From NCBI GenBank assembly GCA_026390585.1, contig JAPLFP010000173.1, positions 269 to 64,268 on the forward strand: a stretch of 64,000 bases of DNA. The letters run 5' to 3'. Each line of letters starts with the position of its first letter. The first letter of the stretch is position 1. Origin of the DNA: Ignavibacteriales bacterium (GTDB lineage Bacteria; Bacteroidota; Ignavibacteria; UBA10030). The translations under genes were made by a program, and so were the position numbers. The notes under the pieces were generated by a model. It searched no databases, was not told the origin of the DNA, and saw only the letters and a program-made list of their open reading frames with translations. Below are positions 38,350 through 49,324 of this stretch, in pieces.

Positions 38350-40171
38350 TCATGCAACGTTTTGGTACATCTTCTCGATTGAGTCCGCGTATTTCTTCTC
38401 TACCACCTTCCGTTTCACTTTCAATGTCGGAGTGATTTCGCCGCTTTCGACTGTCAGTTGTGCCGACAGAAGTTCAAACCGCCTGGCCTTCTCTTACGTC
38501 GGAAGGTCCTTCTGCAGATGTTGAATCTCCTTCTCGTACAGCTTTCTGACTTCCGGCGCCCGAATGAGATCCGAACCCATCGAAAATGAGATGCCATGCC
38601 TCACGGCGTACTCCCGCAATCGTTCGGACTCAGGTACAACGAGGGCGGCCAGAAACATCCGCCCATCGCCGATGAGAACAACCTGATCAATGTACTTGCT
38701 ATGCAGGAAGAGGCTCTCGATCGGTTGCGGCGCAATATTCTTCCCTCCCGAACTCACAAACAGGTGTTTCTTCCGATCCGTAATCATCAGATGACCCTGG
38801 AGATCAAACATCCCCACGTCGCCGGTATGGAGCCAGCCTTCCTTGTCGATGACCTCAGCCGTGGCCTCAGGGTTGTTATGGTACCCTTTCATCACATTCG
38901 GACCTTTTGCCAGGATCTCTCCGTCTTCAGCTATCTTGATGTTGACACCCGGGATTGGCTTTCCAACAGTGCCGTACTTGAAGTCATCAAGCCGATTGGC
39001 GGTGAGTACGGGAGCTGTCTCTGTCAATCCGTATCCTTCGATGATCAGAACTCCAACCGCTTCGAAGAACTCCCCTAGCTCTCTGGAAGGCGCAGCTCCG
39101 CCGGAGACAAAAAACCGAATTCGCCCTCCGGTCTTCCGCTTCAGCTTCGAGAACACCAATCGGTCCGCCAATGTATGCTGGATCCTGAGTGCGGGCGAAA
39201 AAGCTCCTGTCCGTTTGGCGTGGGCAGACTCTTTCCCGACGCTCACTGCCCAATGAAAGATCCGCTGACGCGCAGGCGGGCTGGAATCGATCGTTTCATC
39301 ATCCTGCTGTAGATCCGTTCGAACAGTCTCGGAACCGTCGTCACGACGGTTGGATGGATTTCGAGGAGGTTGTTGCTTACTGTCTCGGTGCTTTCGGCAT
39401 AAGCCACGGTTGAACCGCAATCCATCGCAGTGTAGTACCCCGCCATCCGTTCGAACGAATGACATAGGGGGAGAAAAGGAAGCAGCGTATCTGTATCGCC
39501 GAGCGGTAACACCTCCGCAGCGGCTGTGATATTTTATACGAGCTTCTGATGCGTCAGCATGCACCTGCTGGATTTCCTGTTGTGCCCGAGGTGTAGATAA
39601 CGGTGAGCAGATGCTCAGGTTTGACAGAGCCAAGGAGCTCTCGGAAGAACGTTTGATTGGTTTTCTCGAACGCTTCTCCTAGGTTTATGACTTTAGGAAA
39701 TGTGATGGTCTCTTGGCTCTTTGGCTCCGCTTTCTCATTGATGAGAATGATTTGCAGGAGGTCCTTAACTTCAGAGCGGATCTTGAGAACCTTGCCCAGC
39801 TGAAGGGGGTTGGACACGATGACAACCTTGACACCGGCATCGTTCAGAATGCAAGCGATCTACGGTGGAGTAAGAGTTGGAGAAATGGGCACATCAATCG
39901 CACCAAGCGTCGCGACACTCATATCGGCGACAACCCACTCCGGTCGGTTTTCAGAGATGATGGCAACCTTGTCATCCTTCCTGACACCCATCGACGACAA
40001 GCCAATGGCAAAGAGCTCGACTCTTCGACGAAGTTCGGAATAGCTGATGGATCGAAACTGCTTCTCGACTTTGTGCATCAGCACTGGACGTTCACTCAGT
40101 GCATACTTCGTAGTGATTCCTTCGAACATTTCAGGTATCGCTGAGAAGTCTACAGCGACAGCCATGTGCAA
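38350..40171 (-). pseudogene. Disrupted long-chain fatty-acid--CoA ligase (AMP-dependent synthetase, FadD-like)
   Basis: Collinear minus-strand fragments in three frames rebuild a protein of about 600 aa: [50 protein letters not shown]. It is interrupted by in-frame TAG 39860..39862 (PTLTPP*IACIL), TAA 39534..39536 (HQKLV*NIT) and TAA 38494..38496 ([13 protein letters not shown]). There are also frameshifts near 39557..39563 and about 39270..39295. Confidence 0.85.
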
Positions 40172-40329
40172 TACCTCCCCGAGGTGCTTTCATCCGAACG
40201 AAACTTGACAAACAAAACGAACGCTTCAAAGAGATGCAAGGAGGGAACACTTTGCCTGTTGCGGCGAACCCGCTGTCTTTTCTCGGAGAGGCGGATGTTG
40301 TCGCCAGCAAGCTTCCTCAAGAGAGAAGT

Positions 40330-40346
40330 GTACGATTATATCGTAC
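40330..40346. promoter_or_regulatory. Perfect 17-bp palindrome GTACGAT-TAT-ATCGTAC (candidate operator)
   Basis: Read directly. It lies in the 579-bp divergent region between the acyl-CoA ligase pseudogene and nrdJ. Confidence 0.3.
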
Positions 40347-40489
40347 CACGATACATTGCTACATTCCGCGAAGGTTGCGACAAAAAAGTCGCATTCGAAT
40401 TCTCCGGCCAATCGGAACTGGTCGAACCCGCACGGGGAAGTTATGTCAAGTTAAATTATGATCGAAATTGCGGTGGCCTAAATTTTAAC

Positions 40490-40518
40490 TTGACAAAGGT
40501 GCTGCAACCGCTTATATT
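40490..40518 (+). promoter_or_regulatory. Sigma70-like promoter (TTGACA-N17-TATATT) for nrdJ
   Basis: The -35 box is at 40490..40495 and the -10 box at 40513..40518. This implies a leader of about 230 nt before the ATG at 40751. Confidence 0.5.
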
Positions 40519-40750
40519 CACACCCAGTTGCGTCAATTGAAATCCTGACTGAGAGAACCTTACCCCCGAGATGTTCAACTGTCACAGGGGTGCTCCAACG
40601 TGGCGGTTGACATCCCCACACCGTCGAGAGGGTTTACCTAACTACAGATAGTGACCTATCCAGGGACAGGCGTCTGCTTGTCCGCAGGTAGCATTTTCTC
40701 TGCAGTCTACTTTTTCATGTTCAACAGTTTGTCATCGAGGAGAAAGCGAT

Positions 40751-43498
40751 ATGCTTGAGAAGGCGACGACCACGACGCCCGTAGAAGCCGCGCGCGCTGA
40801 AAAATCCACCGATTCGCATGGGTTGAGATTTCAGCGCCATTTCACCAAAGAAGGAGCACATCCTTTTGATCAGGTAGAATGGGAGCTTCGCACTGCTCTC
40901 ATTTCAAACGAAAAGGGTGAGAAGATCTTCGAGCAGAAGGACGTCGAAATTCCAAAGTCGTGGTCAATGACCGCGACGAACGTCGTCGTCTCAAAATATT
41001 TCTACGGCAAACTCGGCTCTCCTGAACGCGAAACCAGTGTTCGGCAACTGATTGAGCGCGTCGCTCGTTCCATCTACCAGTGGGGCCTCAAGGACGGCTA
41101 TTTTGCCAGCCAGGAAGATGCGGATATCTTCTACCATGAGCTCTGCTTCCTGCTCGTGAACCAGTATATGTCTTTCAACAGCCCTGTCTGGTTCAACGTG
41201 GGGAACGAAGAGCGCCCCCAATGTTCGGCATGCTTCATCAACTCCGTAAAGGATTCGATGGACTCGATCCTGACACTCGCCAAAACGGAGGGTATGCTGT
41301 TCAAGTGGGGGTCCGGAACAGGATCCAACCTTTCAACGCTTCGTTCTTCGAAGGAGTCACTCGCAGGCGGCGGTACGGCCTCGGGCCCCGTCTCCTTCAT
41401 GCGAGGGTATGATGCTTTTGCGGGAGTCATCAAGTCAGGCGGAAAAACCCGACGAGCCGCAAAGATGGTTATTCTCAACGCGGAGCACCCGGACATAGTA
41501 GGCTTTATCAATTGTAAGGCTGACGAAGAGAAGAAGGCTTGGGCTCTGATTGAAGCCGGATACGATGGCGGATTTAATGTGCCAGGCGGTGCCTACGATT
41601 CCGTTTTCTATCAGAACGCAAATCACTCCATCAGAGCAACAGACGATTTCATGAAGGCAGTGCTGGAGGACAAGGATTGGTATACTAAAGCTGTCGTCTC
41701 TGGCAAGCCGGTCGAAAAGTACAAGGCACGGGATCTCATGCGGCAGATATCGGATGCCGCCTGGATTTGCGGTGACCCCGGCATGCAGTATCATTCGACC
41801 ATCAACAGCTGGCACACCTGCTCGAATACTGCGCCGATTCATGCGTCCAATCCATGTAGCGAGTATATGTTCCTCGACGACACGGCGTGCAACCTGGCTT
41901 CATTGAACCTTATGAAGTTCCGCCGTGCGGAAGACTCTGAATTCGATGTCGAGTCTTTCAAGAAGGCGGTGCAAATAACAATTACCGCGATGGAAATCGA
42001 GGTCGACAACGCTAGCTATCCCACACCCGCAATCACACAGAATAGCTACGACTATCGCCCACTCGGCCTGGGCTACGCCAACCTTGGCGCCCTCCTGATG
42101 TCACGCGGACTTGCCTACGACAGCGACGAAGGTCGCTCGTTCGCGGCAACCATCACCTCGTTGATGTGCGGCGAGGCATATAGGCAGTCGGCCCTCGTTG
42201 CAAAGGAAATGGGACCGTTCAAAGGGTACGCAGAGAACCGGGAACCAATGCTGAATGTAATGCAGAAGCATGGCATTCACGCAGAGCGGATCAGCAAAGA
42301 ATACGTACCCAGCGACCTTTGGGAGGCCTCGAACGATGTTTGGAAAGATGTGGTAAAATTCGGCAAGCAACACGGGATCCGAAACTCCCAAACGACTGTG
42401 CTTGCCCCAACTGGCACGATCGGCTTCATGATGGATTGCGACACCACTGGCGTCGAACCCGACATCGCTCTTGTGAAATACAAGAAGCTCTCCGGCGGCG
42501 GACTGCTTAAAATCGTCAATCAGACCGTCCCCGAGGCACTCCGAAAGTTGGGATATGACGGTGAGCAGATCGAACACATCGTCGCCTACATCGACAACAA
42601 CGACACCATCGAGCGATCACCGTATCTTCGGGAAGAGCACCTTTCCGTCTTTGACTGCGCCTTCAAGCCGGCAAATGGCCAGCGCTCGATCCAGTATATG
42701 GGCCATATCAAGATGATGGCCGCTGTCCAGCCGTTCCTCTCTGGTGCCATTTCGAAGACCGTCAACATGCCGACAGATGTCACAACAGAAGACATCCAGC
42801 AAGCATATGTTGAAGCCTGGAGACTCGGCCTTAAAGCTATTGCTGTCTACCGGGATGGCTGCAAGCGCACGCAACCATTGAGCACTTCCCTCGACGCAAA
42901 AAAGGAAGAAAAGAAAGCGACCCATCCAGCACGACGGCGCCTTCCTGACGAACGACAGTCCATCACACACAAATTCAGCATTGCAGGCCATGAGGGATAT
43001 GTTACGGTCGGCATGTTTGAGGACGGCATGCCGGGTGAACTCTTTGTCACCATGTCCAAAGAAGGCTCGACCATCTCCGGTTTGATGGACTCCTTCGCGA
43101 CATCAATCTCGATTGCGCTGCAATATGGTGTTCCTTTGAAGGTTTTGGTGGACAAGTTCAGCCATGCTCGATATGAGCCCTCTGGCTTTACGAATAATCC
43201 GGAAATCCCGATCGCAAAATCCATCAGCGATTACATTTCCCGATGGCTCGGGCTTAAATTCCTTCCAAAGGAAGATGCCCCATCGACCACCAGCACAACA
43301 CCGACAATGGCCAGCGTCGTGCAACCTAAATTGCGGATGCAGGAATCACGGACTTCCGCTTCCGTCGAGAGGAACGAAAAGGTAGTCTTCCAAACGCAAT
43401 CGGATGCTCCCCCCTGCCATGAGTGCGGCAGCATCATGATCCGTAGCGGAAGCTGCTACAAATGCTTGCAGTGTGGTTCCACGAGCGGTTGCTCGTAA
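40751..43498 (+). CDS. nrdJ: Adenosylcobalamin-dependent (class II) ribonucleotide reductase
   Basis: 915 aa. NrdJ-type N-terminus (…RHFTKEGAHPFDQVEW…VVVSKYF…), active-site NPCSE, and a C-terminal Cys-rich tail CHECGS…CYKCLQCGSTSGCS. Confidence 0.88.
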   Translation: MLEKATTTTPVEAARAEKSTDSHGLRFQRHFTKEGAHPFDQVEWELRTALISNEKGEKIFEQKDVEIPKSWSMTATNVVVSKYFYGKLGSPERETSVRQLIERVARSIYQWGLKDGYFASQEDADIFYHELCFLLVNQYMSFNSPVWFNVGNEERPQCSACFINSVKDSMDSILTLAKTEGMLFKWGSGTGSNLSTLRSSKESLAGGGTASGPVSFMRGYDAFAGVIKSGGKTRRAAKMVILNAEHPDIVGFINCKADEEKKAWALIEAGYDGGFNVPGGAYDSVFYQNANHSIRATDDFMKAVLEDKDWYTKAVVSGKPVEKYKARDLMRQISDAAWICGDPGMQYHSTINSWHTCSNTAPIHASNPCSEYMFLDDTACNLASLNLMKFRRAEDSEFDVESFKKAVQITITAMEIEVDNASYPTPAITQNSYDYRPLGLGYANLGALLMSRGLAYDSDEGRSFAATITSLMCGEAYRQSALVAKEMGPFKGYAENREPMLNVMQKHGIHAERISKEYVPSDLWEASNDVWKDVVKFGKQHGIRNSQTTVLAPTGTIGFMMDCDTTGVEPDIALVKYKKLSGGGLLKIVNQTVPEALRKLGYDGEQIEHIVAYIDNNDTIERSPYLREEHLSVFDCAFKPANGQRSIQYMGHIKMMAAVQPFLSGAISKTVNMPTDVTTEDIQQAYVEAWRLGLKAIAVYRDGCKRTQPLSTSLDAKKEEKKATHPARRRLPDERQSITHKFSIAGHEGYVTVGMFEDGMPGELFVTMSKEGSTISGLMDSFATSISIALQYGVPLKVLVDKFSHARYEPSGFTNNPEIPIAKSISDYISRWLGLKFLPKEDAPSTTSTTPTMASVVQPKLRMQESRTSASVERNEKVVFQTQSDAPPCHECGSIMIRSGSCYKCLQCGSTSGCS

Positions 43499-43529
43499 GG
43501 CGAACGCAAACAGTTTCACAAATCCAGGC

Positions 43530-43567
43530 ATCGGCACGTTCGACATCGGGCGTGCCGATTTGCTTTT
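43530..43567 (+). terminator. Rho-independent terminator after nrdJ
   Basis: 9-bp stem ATCGGCACG (43530..43538) pairs with CGTGCCGAT (43551..43559), followed by TTGCTTTT. Confidence 0.65.
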
Positions 43568-43658
43568 GGGGGCCTCCAGAGAAACACCTTGACAAAGCCC
43601 TCCCGAACCACCAGATTGTGATAGATCAAATCATCCTTCCAACATCCCGGGTAACCTC

Positions 43659-44894
43659 ATGAGAATGTCGCTCACAAAGATCTTCATTGTCTTGACTGTG
43701 GCCTTTGCCGCACCAGCGCTCGCACAACAGCCTCAACAGGATAGTGCACTCCGTGCCAAGGCGCAGAAGCTCGCTCAGCAGTTCATTATTGTTGACACTC
43801 ATATCGATGTTCCGTATCGCCTGAGGATGAAGTGGGAAGATATTTCACAACGCACGAAGGATGGGGAGTTCGACTTTGTTCGTGCGAAGCAAGGTGGACT
43901 CAAGGCTCCCTTCATGTCGATCTACATCCCTGCCTCGTACGAAAAAACAGGAGGAGCGAAAGCGCTGGCAGACACACTGATCGACATGGTTGAGAAATTT
44001 GCCCGCGATTGGCCCAAACAATTCGCCGTAGCACGGTCAGTGGAAGACGTCACCAGGCAATTCAGGAAAGGCGTCATCTCGTTGTGCATGGGAATGGAGA
44101 ACGGATCCCCAATTGAACACGACATGGCAAACCTCCAGCATTTCTATGATCGCGGCATTCGGTACATCACGCTGGCGCACGCGCTCGACAACCACATCTC
44201 TGATTCCTCCTATGACACCACCCATGTATGGAAGGGATTGAGCTTCTTCGGCAGACGGCTCATCACAGAAATGAATCGTGTTGGAATCATGGTCGACGTC
44301 TCGCATATCACCGACGCAGCATTCTATGAAGTGATGAATGTTTCGAAAGCACCGGTCATCGCTTCTCATTCCTCATGCCGGTTCTTCACCCCCGGCTTTG
44401 AAAGGAATATGTCGGATGAAATGATCACGATGCTGGCCAAACAGGGGGGCGTCATCCAGATCAATTTCGGTTCATCGTTCCTGAGCAAAGAGTACAGGGA
44501 ACGAGAGGATGAAGGTCAGAAAGAAGTGATGACCTATCTGAGATCCAAGAACCTCAAACCCGAGGACACAGAGGGTGAAGCGTACATCGAACGCTACCGC
44601 AAGGGACACCCAATCACGTTTGCAGATGTTTCGGATGTTGCCAATCACATCGACCACGTCGTGAAACTTGTTGGGGTCGATCATGTCGGGCTCGGATCGG
44701 ATTTCGACGGTGTCGGGGATTCGTTGCCCACCGGACTGAAGGACGTATCTCAATATCCCAACATCATTTATGAGCTCTTGAAACGCGGATACTCAGAGAA
44801 AGATATCCAGAAGATCTGTGGAGGCAACCTCTTGAGAGTCTGGTCCGAAGTGGAGAGTACGGCAAAGGAACTGCAGGCTCAGAATCAACACTAG
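43659..44894 (+). CDS. Membrane dipeptidase (peptidase family M19), secreted
   Basis: Signal peptide. Motifs: DTHIDVPYRL, …LAHALDNH…, …VDVSH…, …ASHSS…, …GLGSDFDG…. Confidence 0.85.
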   Translation: MRMSLTKIFIVLTVAFAAPALAQQPQQDSALRAKAQKLAQQFIIVDTHIDVPYRLRMKWEDISQRTKDGEFDFVRAKQGGLKAPFMSIYIPASYEKTGGAKALADTLIDMVEKFARDWPKQFAVARSVEDVTRQFRKGVISLCMGMENGSPIEHDMANLQHFYDRGIRYITLAHALDNHISDSSYDTTHVWKGLSFFGRRLITEMNRVGIMVDVSHITDAAFYEVMNVSKAPVIASHSSCRFFTPGFERNMSDEMITMLAKQGGVIQINFGSSFLSKEYREREDEGQKEVMTYLRSKNLKPEDTEGEAYIERYRKGHPITFADVSDVANHIDHVVKLVGVDHVGLGSDFDGVGDSLPTGLKDVSQYPNIIYELLKRGYSEKDIQKICGGNLLRVWSEVESTAKELQAQNQH

Positions 44895-44927
44895 ACTGAA
44901 TCGTTCATCAGATTCTGTAAGGAATCC

Positions 44928-46067
44928 ATGAAGCGCACGTTTGTTATCATCCTCGGCCTTTCAGTTTTCACGTTGGCCGTTCTGGCACAGCCGACCGAAC
45001 GTCCGCGGTTGCGAGACCTCGGTGTGGAACTTGGTGTGTACCCACCAGGCAGATACAATGCCATCACGGATGTCGCAGATGTCCTCGTCGGTCAGGTCTC
45101 ACTTGTCCGAGGCGACAGTGTTCGCACAGGTGTTACTGCCATCCTCCCACACGGTGGGAATCTTTTCCAAGAAAAAGTACCTGCGGCTGTGTTCGTCGGA
45201 AACGGTTTCGGAAAACTGGTCGGGACAACTCAGGTGATGGAGCTTGGACAAATAGAGACTCCCATCCTGCTGACAAGTACACTCAGCGTCTGGGATGTCG
45301 CTGATGGAATCGTTGACTTCATGCTGAACTTACCGGGAAACGCAGGCGTCCGCTCGGTCAATCCCATCGTCGGAGAAACAAATGATGGCGAATTGAACGA
45401 TATCCGCGGAAGGCATGTGACGCGTCTTGATGCCCTGGAAGCGATACGCGCTGCAAGAACCGGTCCGGTGGTGGAAGGGAGCGTCGGGGCAGGCATGGGA
45501 ACAGTGTGTTTCGGCTGGAAGGGCGGCATCGGAACCAGTTCCCGAGTCCTCCCTCCTGCCGCGGGAGGCTTCACCGTGGGAGTGTTGGTGCAATCCAACT
45601 ACGGCGGAGTCTTCGAAATGGCTGGTGTCCCTCTCGGAAAAGAGCTTGGGCGCGATGGACAGCACGAAGGCTCTCAAAAACCCGGAGATGGTTCGTGCAT
45701 GATCGTCGTCGCTACAGATGCTCCCCTGAACAGTCAGCAGCTTCAACGCCTGGCGAAGCGTGCTCCCCTTGCATTGGGCAGGACCGGTTCTTCGATGAGC
45801 AATGGGAGCGGGGACTACGTGATCGCGTTTTCTTCATCACGAGAAGTCCGGATACGACCAACGGATCAAAGAACCCAACCTTCAGTTCGATTTCGCGAAG
45901 ACGCTCTCTCCCCTCTTTTCCAGGCAGTTGTGGAGGCAACCGAAGAGGCCATCAGCAACTCGCTTCTTCGAGCGACGACAGTCAGGGGCTACAGAGGAAC
46001 AGAGGTTGAGGCTGTGCCTGTCAAGGAAGTACAGGACGCTTTGAGGAAGTACGGAAAGATCAAATAG
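44928..46067 (+). CDS. P1/S58 family peptidase (DmpA-like aminopeptidase)
   Basis: Signal peptide. …GVTAILPHGGN…, …GETNDG…, and a self-cleavage-type GxGT region (GAGMGTVCFGWKGGIGTSS). Confidence 0.75.
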   Translation: MKRTFVIILGLSVFTLAVLAQPTERPRLRDLGVELGVYPPGRYNAITDVADVLVGQVSLVRGDSVRTGVTAILPHGGNLFQEKVPAAVFVGNGFGKLVGTTQVMELGQIETPILLTSTLSVWDVADGIVDFMLNLPGNAGVRSVNPIVGETNDGELNDIRGRHVTRLDALEAIRAARTGPVVEGSVGAGMGTVCFGWKGGIGTSSRVLPPAAGGFTVGVLVQSNYGGVFEMAGVPLGKELGRDGQHEGSQKPGDGSCMIVVATDAPLNSQQLQRLAKRAPLALGRTGSSMSNGSGDYVIAFSSSREVRIRPTDQRTQPSVRFREDALSPLFQAVVEATEEAISNSLLRATTVRGYRGTEVEAVPVKEVQDALRKYGKIK

Positions 46068-46108
46068 GGACTTCCGAAGGAAGAGATAACTGAGCGTCGA
46101 TCAGGTAG

Positions 46109-47254
<1,146 letters not shown>

Positions 47255-47561
47255 TCGATCTCCGCGTTCACTGGAATTCTGATGTTGTGGGCTTCAAGAT
47301 AGCAAGAAATGGCAGCCAACGCAACTTCGTTCACTTGGTCGAAGAATGGGAGACACCGAGGCGATGCAACGAACTCAATGCCATTCACTCATGTCACATC
47401 CATGGTGAGAGTGGAAGAGCAAGTTCGTCGGTCGAAGAGTCGACGGACTCCAAACGAACATTTCCACACGCACTGCGAACTGCCAAGCGTTTTGTTTCGG
47501 CGAAACCCTTGAAGTGCGGCAATTGTTGAGTAAGCTGAGTAATGAGTGATCTTCCGTCACC

Positions 47562-47590
47562 TTGACATCCTGTACAAAATGTGTTAATTT
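47562..47590 (+). promoter_or_regulatory. Sigma70-like promoter (TTGACA-N17-TAATTT) for hrcA-grpE-dnaJ
   Basis: The -35 box is at 47562..47567 and the -10 box at 47585..47590, 27 nt upstream of the hrcA ATG. Confidence 0.45.
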
Positions 47591-47616
47591 TAGGCTGATA
47601 AATAGGCCTTTTTTTA

Positions 47617-48663
47617 ATGATTACATCTGCATCATCCGAGTCACTGAACGATCGGGAGCGGGATATCCTGCGCCACGTCGTGTTCAATTTCATTCAGTCT
47701 GCTATTCCTGTTGGCTCACGGTACATTTCGAAGCATTTCGAGTCCCAGCTAAGCCCTGCGACCATCCGAAACGTGATGGCTGATCTTGAAGAACTGGGTC
47801 TGCTCTACCACCCACACACTTCAGCTGGCAGGGTTCCGACAGATCTGGGCTATCGTTACTACGTCGATTATCTCATGGAGATCGAGGCATTGTCTGACGC
47901 TGACAAACGCCAGATCCAGCAGCAGCTAGCCGGGGCCAACGATCCGGACACGATGCTTCGGGAAACATCCAAACTGCTTGGGAAGATTTCGAAGCAGCTG
48001 AGCATCGTCTCTTCCCCCCACATTGGCAGCGGGGTGTTTGAGAAACTGGAACTCATTCCGATATCGTCTTCCCGGGTGCTTGTGGTCATCTCCATTCGGA
48101 CCGGCCTGGTCAAAACAATCATGATGGAGGTTGGTGTCGAGTTGAAGCGGGAGTACCTGGAACAGGTCTCCCGGCTGCTGAATGAAAGGCTGTCGGGACT
48201 CACGCTGCGTGAAATACGTGACACGTTCGTTGAACGAACGCGTGACGTCCAAGACGAACGGAGAGGTCTGATCCGCCTCTTCATCGATTCTGTCGACAAT
48301 TTGTTCGATGACATGAAGGATCGCGACAAAGTACATATTTCTGGAACTCAGAACATCATCGACCAGCCCGAGTTTATCGATCCGAAGAATTTTCGCAGCG
48401 TCATCGAGCTCATTGAAAATGATGACATCATTGTCCATCTCCTCGAAAAACACGAGGTATCCGACAGGGATCTGGTAGTGACCATCGGATCTGAAAACGA
48501 CGATACAAAGGTCAAAGACTACAGCGTTGTTTCTGCGACATATGATCTGGATGGAGTCAAAGGAAGCGTTGGGATCATCGGCCCCCGGCGAATGGACTAT
48601 GCGAAGATGATTCCTCTTGTCGACCATGTTGCGAAACTTGTTGCGAAAATGATGAAGGGATAA
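47617..48663 (+). CDS. hrcA: Heat-inducible transcription repressor HrcA
   Basis: N-terminal winged-helix pattern (LNDRERDILRHVV…PVGSRYISK…SPATIRNVMADLEELGLL). 348 aa, followed by grpE-dnaJ. Confidence 0.88.
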   Translation: MITSASSESLNDRERDILRHVVFNFIQSAIPVGSRYISKHFESQLSPATIRNVMADLEELGLLYHPHTSAGRVPTDLGYRYYVDYLMEIEALSDADKRQIQQQLAGANDPDTMLRETSKLLGKISKQLSIVSSPHIGSGVFEKLELIPISSSRVLVVISIRTGLVKTIMMEVGVELKREYLEQVSRLLNERLSGLTLREIRDTFVERTRDVQDERRGLIRLFIDSVDNLFDDMKDRDKVHISGTQNIIDQPEFIDPKNFRSVIELIENDDIIVHLLEKHEVSDRDLVVTIGSENDDTKVKDYSVVSATYDLDGVKGSVGIIGPRRMDYAKMIPLVDHVAKLVAKMMKG

Positions 48664-48674
48664 GCAGGGTATTG

Positions 48675-49316
48675 ATGAACGATCCACAGGAAAACTGCGA
48701 GAAACAAAACGTTGGAACAGAGAATTCGAAGTCGGCCGGGCCAGAGAGTCAGCCGATCGAAGGGCCAGAGGTATCGGCAGATCTGGACCAGCGGTTGGCT
48801 CAAGCTGAGAAACAGATCGAGTTCTACAAGGATCAACTTCTCCGCAAGGTCGCCGATTTCGACAATTTCAAGCGACGGGCAGAAGCTGAATCTGCGTCTG
48901 TTTTCAAATATGCGAAAGCAGATATCATTCAGGAGCTTCTTCCTGTCATAGACGATTTTGAGCGATCCTTGAAACTCGCAAGGGACCGAAGAGACTCGGA
49001 AGCATTTGCCAAGGGGGTTGAGCTCATCTACCAGAAACTGGCGAAGTTCCTGCAGACCCAGGGCGTGAGAGAAATTGAGTCGCTGGGAAAGGAATTTGAC
49101 GTTCATTTCCACGATGCGCTGCTCCAGGTTCCCCGGAGCGATGTCCCTCCTCATGTCGTCATCGAAGTTGTGGACAAAGGGTATACCCTCGATGATCGTG
49201 TCCTGCGCCACGCCAAAGTAGTCGTGTCAACGAGTCCAGCTGGCGAAAGCGCGGACAAAAGCAAAGAGGGCAAACAATCCACCGGACCAGACGCCACAAC
49301 GAAGATCGAGAACTAG
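48675..49316 (+). CDS. grpE: Nucleotide exchange factor GrpE
   Basis: …[15 protein letters not shown]…, …[11 protein letters not shown]…, …GVELIYQKL…. ATG at 48675. Confidence 0.9.
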   Translation: MNDPQENCEKQNVGTENSKSAGPESQPIEGPEVSADLDQRLAQAEKQIEFYKDQLLRKVADFDNFKRRAEAESASVFKYAKADIIQELLPVIDDFERSLKLARDRRDSEAFAKGVELIYQKLAKFLQTQGVREIESLGKEFDVHFHDALLQVPRSDVPPHVVIEVVDKGYTLDDRVLRHAKVVVSTSPAGESADKSKEGKQSTGPDATTKIEN

Positions 49317-49324
49317 AGAGCAGC

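Noticed and set aside
38494-39633. A 379-aa ORF that could be annotated as an intact CDS.
   Set aside because: Only its C-terminal portion of about 250 aa is ligase-like. The N-terminal portion of about 130 aa is out-of-frame read-through of the same pseudogene, because the correct frame is carried by 39243..39512 and 39554..39817.
40519-40750. A cobalamin or TPP riboswitch, or NrdR boxes, upstream of nrdJ.
   Set aside because: I saw no B12 box (GCCACTG context), no TPP ACCTGA/CTGAGA pairing architecture (only an isolated CTGAGAG), and no 16-bp NrdR palindromes. I kept it only as an unexplained long-leader finding.
43589-43617. TTGACA-N17-CAGATT as a promoter for the M19 dipeptidase gene.
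   Set aside because: The -35 box is perfect but the -10 hexamer is poor. There is not enough support to list it as a feature.
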